Source: Halobacteriales archaeon QS_8_69_26
Lineage (GTDB): Archaea > Halobacteriota > Halobacteria > Halobacteriales > SW-7-71-33
Length of the DNA: 64,000 nt
Assembly (NCBI GenBank): GCA_003023195.1
Contig: PXRX01000022.1
Location: 14,041-78,040, forward strand
Reading direction: 5' to 3'
Below, one piece after another: positions 9,800-18,648 of this stretch. The translations under genes were made by a program, and so were the position numbers. Each line of letters begins with the position of its first letter. The stretch's first letter is position 1. Below the pieces are notes generated by a model. The model saw only the letters and a program-made list of their open reading frames with translations, was not told where the DNA came from and searched no databases.

Positions 9800-10169
9800 G
9801 GGGCGACCCGGATCCGGATCCCGGGAAGACGATCCTCCGACTCCACTTTTCACTCACGGCTCGCTGCGTTCGCGTACGTGAGAAGTGGGCCGACCCGGAT
9901 TTGAACCACGGGAAGACGATCCTCCTCGCTTCGCTCGGAGGCTGCGACTTCCCTGATTCAAATCCTTCTGTGGCACTCCTCGTGCTCACGGCTCACTACG
10001 TTCGCGGTTCGCACGAGAAGTGGGCCGACCCGGATTTGAACCACGCCGAGACGGTCCGGGTCGCTCGCTGCGCTCGCTCCCCGGCTGCGACTCGTCTCGT
10101 TCAAATCCGGTCGGTGTCCGGTTTCCGCACTCACGGCTCGCTGGCGCTCGCGTGTGAGTGCGGAAAAGG
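9800..10169. repeat. tRNA-Ile 3'-end-derived, hairpin-rich repeat array
   Basis: TGGGCCGACCCGGATTTGAACC at 9886 and 10021 matches tRNA end at 10170 (1 mismatch); inverted TTCAAATCC copies; degenerate unit near 9800-9840. Confidence 0.85.
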
Positions 10170-10243
10170 TGGGCCGACTCGGATTTGAACCGAGAACCTC
10201 CACCTTATCAGAGTGGCGCTCAACCTAATTGAGCTATCGGCCC
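10170..10243 (-). tRNA. tRNA-Ile(GAT)
   Basis: GGGCCGA/TCGGCCC acceptor stem, CCACT-CTGATAA-GGTGG anticodon arm, GGTTCAAATCC T-arm. Confidence 0.97.
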
Positions 10244-10310
10244 ACGCATCACTGGCGTAGACCCCTCCGGTTTGTAAGCGTTTCCTTCCTGCGGTCCGCG
10301 CTGGATCGCC

Positions 10311-10862
10311 TCAGTCCTCGTCGTCGACGTCCTCGAACTCGATGTCGTAGGCGTCGGGGTCCATCTCGTCCCCGTAGTCGTCCGGGCCGGGACCGGGATC
10401 GGTGTCCGGGCCCCAGGTCCCACCCTCCCAGGGGTCGTCGTCGGGTGCCCCGAAGGTGTAGACGTTCCCGGTGGCGAAGCCGTCGGTCCGCTCGTCGACG
10501 TAGGGGACGACGACGTAGCGCTTGAGCGCGGCCCGGATCGGGATCCGGGTGACGGGGAGTGCCAGCAGGAACCCGATGGTGTCGGTGACCAGTCCCGGCG
10601 TCAGCAGGAAGGCCCCGGCGGCGATGAGGAGTCCGCCGTCCATGAGTTCGTTCGTCGGTATCTCGCCGCGCGCGAGTTTCGTCTGGATCCGCGAAATCGT
10701 CCGCCGGCCCTCCGCGCGGACCAGCAACATGCCGACCAGGGCCGTCAGGACGACCAGCAACACGGTGGCCAGCGCCCCCAGGAACTCCGCGGCCACCACG
10801 ACCAGGACGATGGCGTCGACGAAGGGGATCAGCAACAGCAACAGGAACGGCCACCGTCTCAT
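10311..10862 (-). CDS. fxsA: FxsA family membrane protein
   Basis: LLIAAGAFLLTPGLVTD motif, hydrophobic N-terminus, acidic tail. Confidence 0.88.
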   Translation of the reverse strand: MRRWPFLLLLLIPFVDAIVLVVVAAEFLGALATVLLVVLTALVGMLLVRAEGRRTISRIQTKLARGEIPTNELMDGGLLIAAGAFLLTPGLVTDTIGFLLALPVTRIPIRAALKRYVVVPYVDERTDGFATGNVYTFGAPDDDPWEGGTWGPDTDPGPGPDDYGDEMDPDAYDIEFEDVDDED

Positions 10863-11017
10863 ACCCGCCGGTAGCCGCGGGGGCCTCATACACCTTTTGC
10901 ACCGGTCCCCGCCGGTGCCTCCTGCGATCCCGCTTCGGCGGTACGTCGTCGGGCGCGGGACCGGCCGGTTCGGGACAGGGGAAAGTTCTTATCGTCGCCG
11001 CCCGTCGGTCGGAATCG

Positions 11018-11764
11018 ATGTGGAGCATCCTCATGCGGTTCGGGATCGGTGCACCGACGGTAACGACCAGGCCGAGTTCCCCGGTCGTTCCGGGTGAGAC
11101 GGCCGAGGTGACGGTGGACATGGAGGGAGGGAAGGCCGACCTGGAGGCGGACGCGCTGTACGTCGCGGTCGAGACCGAGTACGAACAGGAGACGGAGGAG
11201 GGGACCCAGCACATCGACACGACGCTTCACACCGAGAAACCGATCGGCTCGTTCACCCTGGGGGCCGACGAGCGTCGAACGGAGACCGTCGAGGTGACCG
11301 TTCCCCGGGAGACGCCGGTCACCGAGGGCCACACCGAGGTGTGGATAGAGGCCGGCCTCGACGTCGGCTTCTCTGCCGACCCCGACGACTGGGAGTACGT
11401 CGAGGTCGAACCCAGCGACCGGATGCAGCGCGTGTTCGACGCGGCCGAGGAACTGGGCTTCGGGCTCAGGGAGGCCTACCCCGAGGCCGCCTCGGGCGGC
11501 ATCTTCTCCTCGGGCAAGCCGTTCGTCCAGGAACTGGAGTTCGTCCCCCGCCGCGGCCGCTACCGGAGCGAACTGGACGAACTCGAACTGATCTTCGACC
11601 CGACCGAGGACGCCCTGACGGTGACCGTCGAGGTCGACCGGAGCGGCGGGATGCTCTCGGAGATGATGGGTGCCGACGAGAACAAGGACCAGCTGGTGGT
11701 CGCCGACCAGGACACCGAGGCCGTCACCGAGGAACTGGCCGAACTCATCGACCGCAACATGTAA
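11018..11764 (+). CDS. Spo0M family protein
   Basis: FGIGAPTV, PFVQELEFVP, LDELEL motifs; stop codon lies inside the IS end. Confidence 0.85.
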   Translation: MWSILMRFGIGAPTVTTRPSSPVVPGETAEVTVDMEGGKADLEADALYVAVETEYEQETEEGTQHIDTTLHTEKPIGSFTLGADERRTETVEVTVPRETPVTEGHTEVWIEAGLDVGFSADPDDWEYVEVEPSDRMQRVFDAAEELGFGLREAYPEAASGGIFSSGKPFVQELEFVPRRGRYRSELDELELIFDPTEDALTVTVEVDRSGGMLSEMMGADENKDQLVVADQDTEAVTEELAELIDRNM

Positions 11765-11990
11765 ACTACCCCTCCCTACTCCCTCGGCGCATACGCGCCT
11801 CGGTCCTTGAGGGAGGGGCTTTGATGTGGACTCCCGGCAATCGCCTATCAAACTGCTTGATAGCCGTCGCCGTTCAGCGTCCCACCATTTATACGCACGT
11901 CTACTGGTGCGTCTGCGCTCCCCGACGTGGGCGAGGAACGCAGGCTATGCTGTCGTTTCCGCAGATACCGTAGCGCGACGTTTTTCGCGC
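11741..11990 (-). ncRNA. Predicted TnpB omegaRNA/sotRNA overlapping tnpB 3' end, guide from flank ~11741-11760; extent approximate
   Basis: Inferred from established IS200/IS605 TnpB architecture and the right-end hairpin CCCCTCCC...GGGAGGGG. Confidence 0.5.
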
Positions 11991-13095
11991 CGTTGTAGTC
12001 CGCATTGATTTCGTACCCACACTTCAGACACATGAACTGCTCGCCATCGCGGTTGTCCTCGTGGGTAAAGCCACAGTCAGTGTGCGAACAGCGGTGACTC
12101 GTATGGTCCGGGTCCACTTGTGCAACTGCAATGCCCTGTTCTGGAGCCTTGTACTCGACGTACTCAAGGAGACGACGGAACGCCCACACGTGATGCCAGT
12201 CAGCATGCGGCAGTCGATCTCGAATATCCGTCAACTCCTCGAACACGATTACATCGCACTCGTGGGTAGCTGCCTCATCAACAATCTCGTTGGCGACAGT
12301 GTGGATATACTGCTTGCGCCATGCTCGTTCTCGGTTTCCGAGTCGTAGCAGGGCGTTGTGTGCGGATTGAGTCCGACGCTGTTGCATCTCTGCCCGACGG
12401 TTTTCAAACTCCTGAATCCAGTGGTCGTACTCGTCACCACTCCAGAACGTGCCCGTTGACGAGACGGCAAGACTGTTGACGCCGAGGTCGATACCGAGGA
12501 CGGTTTGGTGCCCGGTATCGTCCGAACCCGCAACATCGACAGCCTCGCCTTCATCGTCTATCTTTCGAGTTGTGATGTGGAAGTAGAACTCGTCGCTGGC
12601 TTGGTCATACTGGAGTGTACTCGTCCGAAACTCGTAGTCATCGGACAGGACGTACTGTTCGTATGGTGTTGGACTGTCTGCTGGCAGCTCAAAGTCACAC
12701 TCGATCCGTCCGTTGACTGTTGAGAGTGAGATGTTGTTCCGGTAGAAGGTCGCACTGCGTTTGTCGTACACTATGCTCCACGAGGTGAACTCTGGTTTGT
12801 TCGTTCGCTTGCCATTCTTCCAGCGGTCTACACCGCTGTCAACGGCGTGGACGGCACGCCGGATGGCTTCTTGAACGAGGTTCGCAGTCAGGTCGGTTTC
12901 CTCGCGGAGCCGGTCGTAGAGCGCGTTTCTGGCTTTGCTGTTTGATATAACGCAATCTTCGTGACTGATGTTGTCCCAACAGTAGTCACTGGCCTCATTC
13001 GCGCAGTGAAGGAATTGGTCGGCAGTTTTGTGGAGGTCGTCGTGATACTCGTCGGGAACGACGAGTTTGACCGGTGCGGTTCGTCGGACCTCCAT
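11848..13095 (-). CDS. tnpB: RNA-guided endonuclease TnpB
   Basis: RuvC-I GIDLG, RuvC-II VFEEL, Zn finger CSHTDC...CLKC, RuvC-III NADYNGAKN. Confidence 0.96.
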   Translation of the reverse strand: MEVRRTAPVKLVVPDEYHDDLHKTADQFLHCANEASDYCWDNISHEDCVISNSKARNALYDRLREETDLTANLVQEAIRRAVHAVDSGVDRWKNGKRTNKPEFTSWSIVYDKRSATFYRNNISLSTVNGRIECDFELPADSPTPYEQYVLSDDYEFRTSTLQYDQASDEFYFHITTRKIDDEGEAVDVAGSDDTGHQTVLGIDLGVNSLAVSSTGTFWSGDEYDHWIQEFENRRAEMQQRRTQSAHNALLRLGNRERAWRKQYIHTVANEIVDEAATHECDVIVFEELTDIRDRLPHADWHHVWAFRRLLEYVEYKAPEQGIAVAQVDPDHTSHRCSHTDCGFTHEDNRDGEQFMCLKCGYEINADYNGAKNVALRYLRKRQHSLRSSPTSGSADAPVDVRINGGTLNGDGYQAV

Positions 13096-13109
13096 ATTTC
13101 AGATGTGTA

Positions 13110-13125
13110 TTTAAGGGTACTTAAT
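13110..13125 (-). promoter_or_regulatory. TATA-like box for tnpB
   Basis: TTAAGTACCCTTAAA about 15-30 nt upstream of the ATG. Confidence 0.55.
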
Positions 13126-13456
13126 GATTGGGAGCTAGGCTGGTATTGGCGCGTGGTTTGGGAGGGAATGGTGTCGGCTTCCTCTCCGGCCTACTCGCTT
13201 GTGGTTCCGACTCGGCGTCGGAAGCCCTGCACTCTCTCCTCACGGGCCGCAGGCCCGTTCGGATGGTCAGAGGGACCTCTGGTCCCTCTCGACTTGAGGC
13301 CGAAGGCTCCGCCTCGAAACCGCTGATCGCGACCCCGACGCCATCGTGCAACGGGACCGCCCTGTGGGGGGTCGGAGGACCCTCCCGAAGGGCTCGCTGT
13401 CGGTCGATCCCGCCCCGACCGGAACTTTCTCCCCGGATCGGTCCGTACTCGGATCG

Positions 13457-13897
13457 ATGTCCGACTCGAAGGAGGCGATGCGCCGTGCGCTCGCGCTGGC
13501 CGAGGAGGCGGCGGAGGCGGGGGACGAGCCGTTCGGTTCGGTCCTGGTCTACGACGGGACCGTGATCGCCGCCGAACGCAACACGGTCGTCACCGACGAC
13601 GACGTCACGGCCCACCCGGAACTGAAACTCGCACGGTGGGCCGGCCGGCAGCTCTCCCCCGACGAGCGCCGGGCGACGACGATGTACACCAGCACCGAGC
13701 CCTGCCCGATGTGTTCCGGCGCGATCCGGATCGTCGGCCTGGGACGCGTGGTCTACAGCACCTCCTCGGGGGTCCTGTCCTCCATCACCGGCTCCGAACC
13801 GAGCCTCCCTGCGAGCGAGGTTCTCGGTGACGAGACGACGGTCGACGGTCCCCTCCTTCCGCAGGCCGGGCGGGCGATCCACGAGGACTACTGGTAG
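13457..13897 (+). CDS. Nucleoside/cytidine-deoxycytidylate deaminase family protein
   Basis: PFG, AHPE and EPCPMC zinc motifs. Confidence 0.92.
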   Translation: MSDSKEAMRRALALAEEAAEAGDEPFGSVLVYDGTVIAAERNTVVTDDDVTAHPELKLARWAGRQLSPDERRATTMYTSTEPCPMCSGAIRIVGLGRVVYSTSSGVLSSITGSEPSLPASEVLGDETTVDGPLLPQAGRAIHEDYW

Positions 13898-13997
13898 GAC
13901 GGGACGGACGGTCCATGAGGACTACTGGTAGGATGGGACGGACGGTCCATGAGGACTACTGGTAGGACGGGACGGACGGTCCACGAGGACTACTGGT
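13878..13997. repeat. 34-bp tandem repeat x3.5 containing the deaminase's last codons and stop
   Basis: TCCA(C/T)GAGGACTACTGGT at 13878, 13912, 13946, 13980. Confidence 0.95.
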
Positions 13998-14227
13998 CGC
14001 CCGGATCGCGTGCTGGCGTAATTCCATGCCCGACCCAAAGCCCCGGCCGGAATAAGGGGGCGTGCTACGGGGCCGCCGTCCGCCCCGGACTGGGATACAG
14101 TAACTTTACAGTAAAACGGGGATCCGCCCGACCAGTCGGTTTCGGGTCCGGACTGCTACCGACCGCGGCCTGCCGGGTCGAGGCCGGAAACACCCCGTGG
14201 GATCGCCGCCTGGGAACGAATCGAGGA

Positions 14228-14300
14228 TGGGATCGCCCGGATTCGAACCGGGGGTACAGCGTCCCAAACGCTGAAGGTTACCAAGCTACCCCACGATCCC
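14228..14300 (-). tRNA. tRNA-Pro(TGG)
   Basis: GGGATCG/CGATCCC acceptor stem, CAGCG-TTTGGGA-CGCTG anticodon arm, GGTTCGAATCC. Confidence 0.97.
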
Positions 14301-14521
14301 GCGTTCGGATAGAGGGGCGATCCGGTGTAAAACGTTTCGACCCGGCCGCGAGGGGTCGAGTTTCCACGACGGGGCCGCCACGGGCTGCGAGGAGGTCGGG
14401 TTTCCACGCTGCCCCTGGTCCGCGATAGGTGGAGTAGCCGGGGAACCTCCGGGCGTCCCCAGCCCGCAATACCTCACTGGTTGTGTATTTGTTTTAAATT
14501 ATATGGGAACGAGATCAGCTC

Positions 14522-15025
14522 ATGATACAGGTCGGCGACACCGCACCGGCGTTCGATCTCCCCGGTACCGACGGCGACGAGGTCGAACGATACCGGCTCT
14601 CGGATTTCACCGAGAGTGGGGCCGCAGTCGTGCTGTTCTACCCGTTCGACTTCAGCCCCGTCTGTACGGAGGAACTGTGCAACTTCCGGGACTCGGAGAT
14701 GCTGACGTTCACCGCCGACCTCGACGTGGTGGCAATTTCGGCGGACAGCGTCTACGCCCACCGGAAATTCGTCCGGGAGAACGACCTCCCGATTCCCCTG
14801 TTGAGCGACCACGACGGTCGGGTCAGCGAGGCCTACGGCGTGCTCTACGACGAACTGGAGGGGCACCCGACGGTGAGCAAGCGCGCTGTCTTCGTCGTCG
14901 ATAGCGAGGAGGCCGTCCGGTACGCCTGGGTCGCCGACGAGTGGACGACCGACCCCGACATCACCGCGGTCTACGAGTGCGTCCGGGATCTCGAGTGCAT
15001 CGAAATCCCGTCCGGTCCGTTCTAG
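14522..15025 (+). CDS. Peroxiredoxin (redoxin domain)
   Basis: FYPFDFSPVCTEE; AT-rich TTTTAAATTATA promoter-like sequence upstream. Confidence 0.92.
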   Translation: MIQVGDTAPAFDLPGTDGDEVERYRLSDFTESGAAVVLFYPFDFSPVCTEELCNFRDSEMLTFTADLDVVAISADSVYAHRKFVRENDLPIPLLSDHDGRVSEAYGVLYDELEGHPTVSKRAVFVVDSEEAVRYAWVADEWTTDPDITAVYECVRDLECIEIPSGPF

Positions 15026-15084
15026 CGTCCGGTCCCCGTCGTTTCCCGCCGGTCGATACCGGTCTCTGTTCCGACCGCGACGGC

Positions 15085-15975
15085 TCAGATCCCCCAGATG
15101 ACGGCGATACCGACGGTCGTGACGACGGCGAACAGGGCCCGGAGCGGGGCACCGACCCGGACGTAGTCGAGGAACCGGTAGCCGCCGGGGCCGTAGACGA
15201 AGAGGTCGGTCTGGTAGCCGACCGGGATCATGAAGGCCGTCGAGGCCGCGAACGTGACCGCGAACAGGAAGGAGATGGGCGGGGCGCCCATGTCCGCCGC
15301 GGCCCGGAACGCGACGGGGATCATCAACACCACGGCGGCGTCGTTCGAGATGACGTCGGTCAGGAGGGCGGTCACGACGTAGAACAGGCCGAGGACGACG
15401 ATCGGTGGGACGACGGCGGCGGTGGCGACGAGGGCGTCGGCGACGAGGGCGGCCGCGCCCGAGGACTGCATGGCGATCCCCAGGGGGATGATCCCCCCCA
15501 GCAGGAAGACCACGTCCCACTGGACGGCGTCGTAGATTCCGGTCGGTCGCAGGCACCCGGTCAGCACCATCGCCAGGGCACCGGCCAGGGCGGCGACGAC
15601 GATGGGCAGGACGTCCGGGGCCGCGAGGACGACCACGGCGGCGACGATGCCGACGGCGACGGGGACTCCCTCGCGGCGGTAGTCCGGCCGCTCGACCACG
15701 CCGGCGACGATGAAGTCCCGGTTGGCACCCAGGCGTTCGATGCTCTCCGGGGTGGCCTGGACGAGGAGGGTGTCGCCGACCCGGAGGTTGACTCGGTCCA
15801 TCCGGTGCCGGACGAGTTCCGGTCCCCGCCGCAGGGCGAGGACGGTGGCGTCGTAGCGCTGGCGGAAGTTCGCCGAGACCAGCGACTCCCCGACCAGGTC
15901 CGACCGGGGCGCGACGACGAGTTCCCGCCGAACATCGAGGCGTAGGACAGGGGCATCAGCAGTTTCGACGGCGAG
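15085..15975 (-). pseudogene. 5'-truncated SLC13/TrkA-C permease
   Basis: Only a TrkA-C region and C-terminal TMs (PVGYQTDLFVYGPGGY); N-terminal half absent. Confidence 0.75.
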
Positions 15976-16098
15976 GTGTTGCCCTCGTGGGCCAGGACCC
16001 CAGGGAAAATAGTTTTCGGGGGTGTCGGTCGGGGGACGGGAGCCGATCGTCACGAGACCGTGACGGGTAAGGGCCGGGAGACCCTCGTTTCGACCAGT

Positions 16099-16581
16099 AT
16101 GACCGACGCGGCGGCTGAGAGTCTCCAGCGGCGGACCTGGCGGCTCCTCCAGCCCGGCGAGGTGGAGTTGAACGGGGCCATCGTCCACACCGACCTCTCG
16201 GGCCAGGAGGACATCGAGATGCACCAGGCGACGGTGGAGGTCGGCGAGATCATCGACGACCACGCCGTTCCGGACGCGGACACCTTCGTCTACTCGGGGG
16301 TCGACGACGAGGAGTTCGCCTCCAACCAGCACCAGGGGCTGACCGTCGAGGGCGGGGAGTTCGTCTGGGAGTGCCAGCAACTCCTCCGGGACGGGAGCTT
16401 CGACCTGGTCTTCTACTACGAGGCGGCGGCCGACCACTCGGCGATCCTCGACGCCATCCGCGAGGCCGGCTACGAGGTCACCGGCGTCCGCGGGGACGAA
16501 CCGCCCGGGGACAGCGGCCGCGAATCCGGGGATGGGAGCGACGAGCGACCGGCGGATCCGGAGGACGCCGGCACGGCATGA
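16099..16581 (+). CDS. Conserved haloarchaeal protein (DUF5778-like)
   Basis: Acidic, FASNQHQG and FVWECQQLLR motifs. Confidence 0.75.
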   Translation: MTDAAAESLQRRTWRLLQPGEVELNGAIVHTDLSGQEDIEMHQATVEVGEIIDDHAVPDADTFVYSGVDDEEFASNQHQGLTVEGGEFVWECQQLLRDGSFDLVFYYEAAADHSAILDAIREAGYEVTGVRGDEPPGDSGRESGDGSDERPADPEDAGTA

Positions 16582-16786
16582 CGCCGAGGGCCCACGTCGC
16601 GGGACCGGACGCGTTCGGCGGGGCGCTTATGTCGGTTCGCGCCGATCTACCGGTACGAAACCAGTTTGCCGGGTCCGGCCCGGCGGGGATCGGAAGGTAC
16701 ATCTCCGGTCGAGCGAGTAGCACGAACGATAGACGGACGGGGCACCGGGTACCGATCGCCGGCGCGACACCACGGGAGGAACTGAC

Positions 16787-18130
16787 GTGACGACATCGGG
16801 AATCATCTCCGGGGTCAGGGTGACCCACGGGAACGCGACGGTCGACGAGATAGCCGCCGCGGGGACCGACGACGTCCGGACGGACGTCGCCGCGCTCCGG
16901 GGCGAGGACGGGGTCCGCGAGGCCTACGTGCTCCGGACGTGCAACCGGGCGGAGGCCTACGTCGTGACCGACGACACGGCGGTCGGGCGGTCGGCGCTGG
17001 AGTGGTTCGTCGCCGACGTCCCGGACGACGCAGTCGTCGCGTCCGACCACGAGGGGAGCCTGCGCCACCTGATGCGGGTCGCCGCCGGCATGGACTCGAT
17101 GGTGCTCGGTGAGGACCGCATCCTCGGGCAGGTCCGCGAGGCCTACGAGGACGCCCGCGGGGCCGGCGGGATCGGTCCCGTCCTCGAAGGGGCGGTCACG
17201 AAGGCCATCCACGTCGGCGAGCGAGTCCGCAACGAGACGGCGGTCAACGAGGGCGTCGTCTCCCTGGGCTCGGCGGCCGCCGAGCACCTGCGGGAGTCGG
17301 TCGACCTGACCGAGTCCACGGCGGCGGTCGTCGGGGCCGGGGCGGTCGCCCGGACCGTCGCCGGTGCGCTCGCGGACCGGGGGGTCGGTCGGCTCGTCGT
17401 GGTCAACCGGACGGTACCCAACGCCGAGGCGGTCGCGGAGACCGTCGACGCCGACGCCGAGGGGGTCGGACTCGACGCCCTCGCGGAGACGCTCTCACGA
17501 GCGGACGTGGCCGTCGCCGCCACCGCGGCCACCGACCCGGTGATCGAACGGGGGACCGTCGCGGACGCGGACGAACTGGTGGTCGTGGACATGGCCCAGC
17601 CACGCGACGTCGCCCCCGCGGTCGACGCGGTCGAGGGGGTGACCCGCTACGACCTGGACGCCCTGGAGTCGGTGACGGCGGAGACCCGGGAGCGCCGCCG
17701 CGAGGCCGCAGAGCGCGCGGGGGCGATAATCGAGGAGGAGTTCGAGCACCTGCTCGACCAGTTCAAGCGCAAGCGTGCCGACGAGGTCATCGCCGCGATG
17801 CACGAGAGCGCCGAACGGGTCAAGGAGCGCGAACTCGGGCGGGCGGTCGGGAAACTACAGCGCGAGGGCGAGTTCACCGAGGAACAGCGGGAGGTCGTCG
17901 AGTCGATGGCCGACGCGCTCGTGAGCCAGTTGCTCGCGGCCCCGACCAAGAGCCTGCGGGAGGCCGCCGCCGAGGACGACTGGACAACCATCGCCACCGC
18001 GCTCCAGCTATTCGACCCCGAGTTCGGTGCCGACGCCCCCGACCTGGCCGGCACCGACCTCCCGGCCGACGCACCGCCGGAGGCCATCGATGCCCTCGGC
18101 GGCGACACGGACGCCGACGAGGACGCCTGA
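16787..18130 (+). CDS. hemA: Glutamyl-tRNA reductase
   Basis: TCNR catalytic motif, HLMRVAAGMDSMVLGE.ILGQ, DMAQPRD. Confidence 0.95.
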   Translation: MTTSGIISGVRVTHGNATVDEIAAAGTDDVRTDVAALRGEDGVREAYVLRTCNRAEAYVVTDDTAVGRSALEWFVADVPDDAVVASDHEGSLRHLMRVAAGMDSMVLGEDRILGQVREAYEDARGAGGIGPVLEGAVTKAIHVGERVRNETAVNEGVVSLGSAAAEHLRESVDLTESTAAVVGAGAVARTVAGALADRGVGRLVVVNRTVPNAEAVAETVDADAEGVGLDALAETLSRADVAVAATAATDPVIERGTVADADELVVVDMAQPRDVAPAVDAVEGVTRYDLDALESVTAETRERRREAAERAGAIIEEEFEHLLDQFKRKRADEVIAAMHESAERVKERELGRAVGKLQREGEFTEEQREVVESMADALVSQLLAAPTKSLREAAAEDDWTTIATALQLFDPEFGADAPDLAGTDLPADAPPEAIDALGGDTDADEDA

Positions 18131-18215
18131 GGCGGGGTGGCGGACCGACGACGCCGGGGTCGGTCCGGTGCCAGGAACAGCAACGATTAACGGGGTGGGG
18201 TCTGATGGTGTGTGC

Positions 18216-18509
18216 ATGGCGGACCTGCTCTCGGACGAGGAGATAGCGGAACAGTTACCCGACGGCTGGGAACGGGACGGCGACGAGATCGTCCGCGTCT
18301 TCGAGGTCGACGAGTACCTCCGCGGGGTCAACTTCGCCCAGATGATCGGCGAGATAGCGGAGGCCCAGTTCCACCATCCCACGATGGAGATCCGCTACGG
18401 GGAACTGGAGGTGCGGTTCACCAGCCACGAGGAGGGCGGGATCACCGACAAGGACGTCGAGATGGCCCAGTTGATCAACGCAGAGACCGACGAGGGCACC
18501 GCGCTGTAG
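18216..18509 (+). CDS. Pterin-4a-carbinolamine dehydratase
   Basis: AEAQFHHP and SHEEGGITDKD motifs. Confidence 0.92.
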   Translation: MADLLSDEEIAEQLPDGWERDGDEIVRVFEVDEYLRGVNFAQMIGEIAEAQFHHPTMEIRYGELEVRFTSHEEGGITDKDVEMAQLINAETDEGTAL

Positions 18510-18648
18510 GGTCGGCGACACCGGGACCGCCAGGACCACCACACTGTCGGGTCCGACGGCGGCGGGACTGACGGGGTGCCGCGCCGAAGCGTCGCCACTC
18601 CCGGTCGGTCAGCGGCGGATTTTTATTCCCGGCAATCGGCGGGGGGAT

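Larger units (their letters stand above)
11761..13322 (-). mobile_element. IS200/IS605-family (IS1341-type) tnpB-only element; left boundary inferred
   Basis: Lower GC than flanks; subterminal hairpins at both ends sharing CTACTC...CTTGAG; right end ...GGGTAGTTTAC; no tnpA. Confidence 0.8.

Noticed and set aside
9886..10042. Extra tRNA genes or attL/attR of a prophage
   Set aside because: Only the 3' 22 nt are copied, with no anticodon arm; units are about 140 bp with no integrase or cargo.
11018..11764. Sporulation system
   Set aside because: Spo0M homologues occur in non-sporulating prokaryotes; no other sporulation genes here.
11848..13095. Cas12-type effector or nuclease-dead TnpB regulator
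   Set aside because: No adjacent array, RuvC triad intact, IS-type ends present.
3541..13997. 34-36 bp repeats (3541-3665, 13878-13997) as CRISPR arrays
   Set aside because: Head-to-tail copies with no unique spacers; no cas genes in the window.
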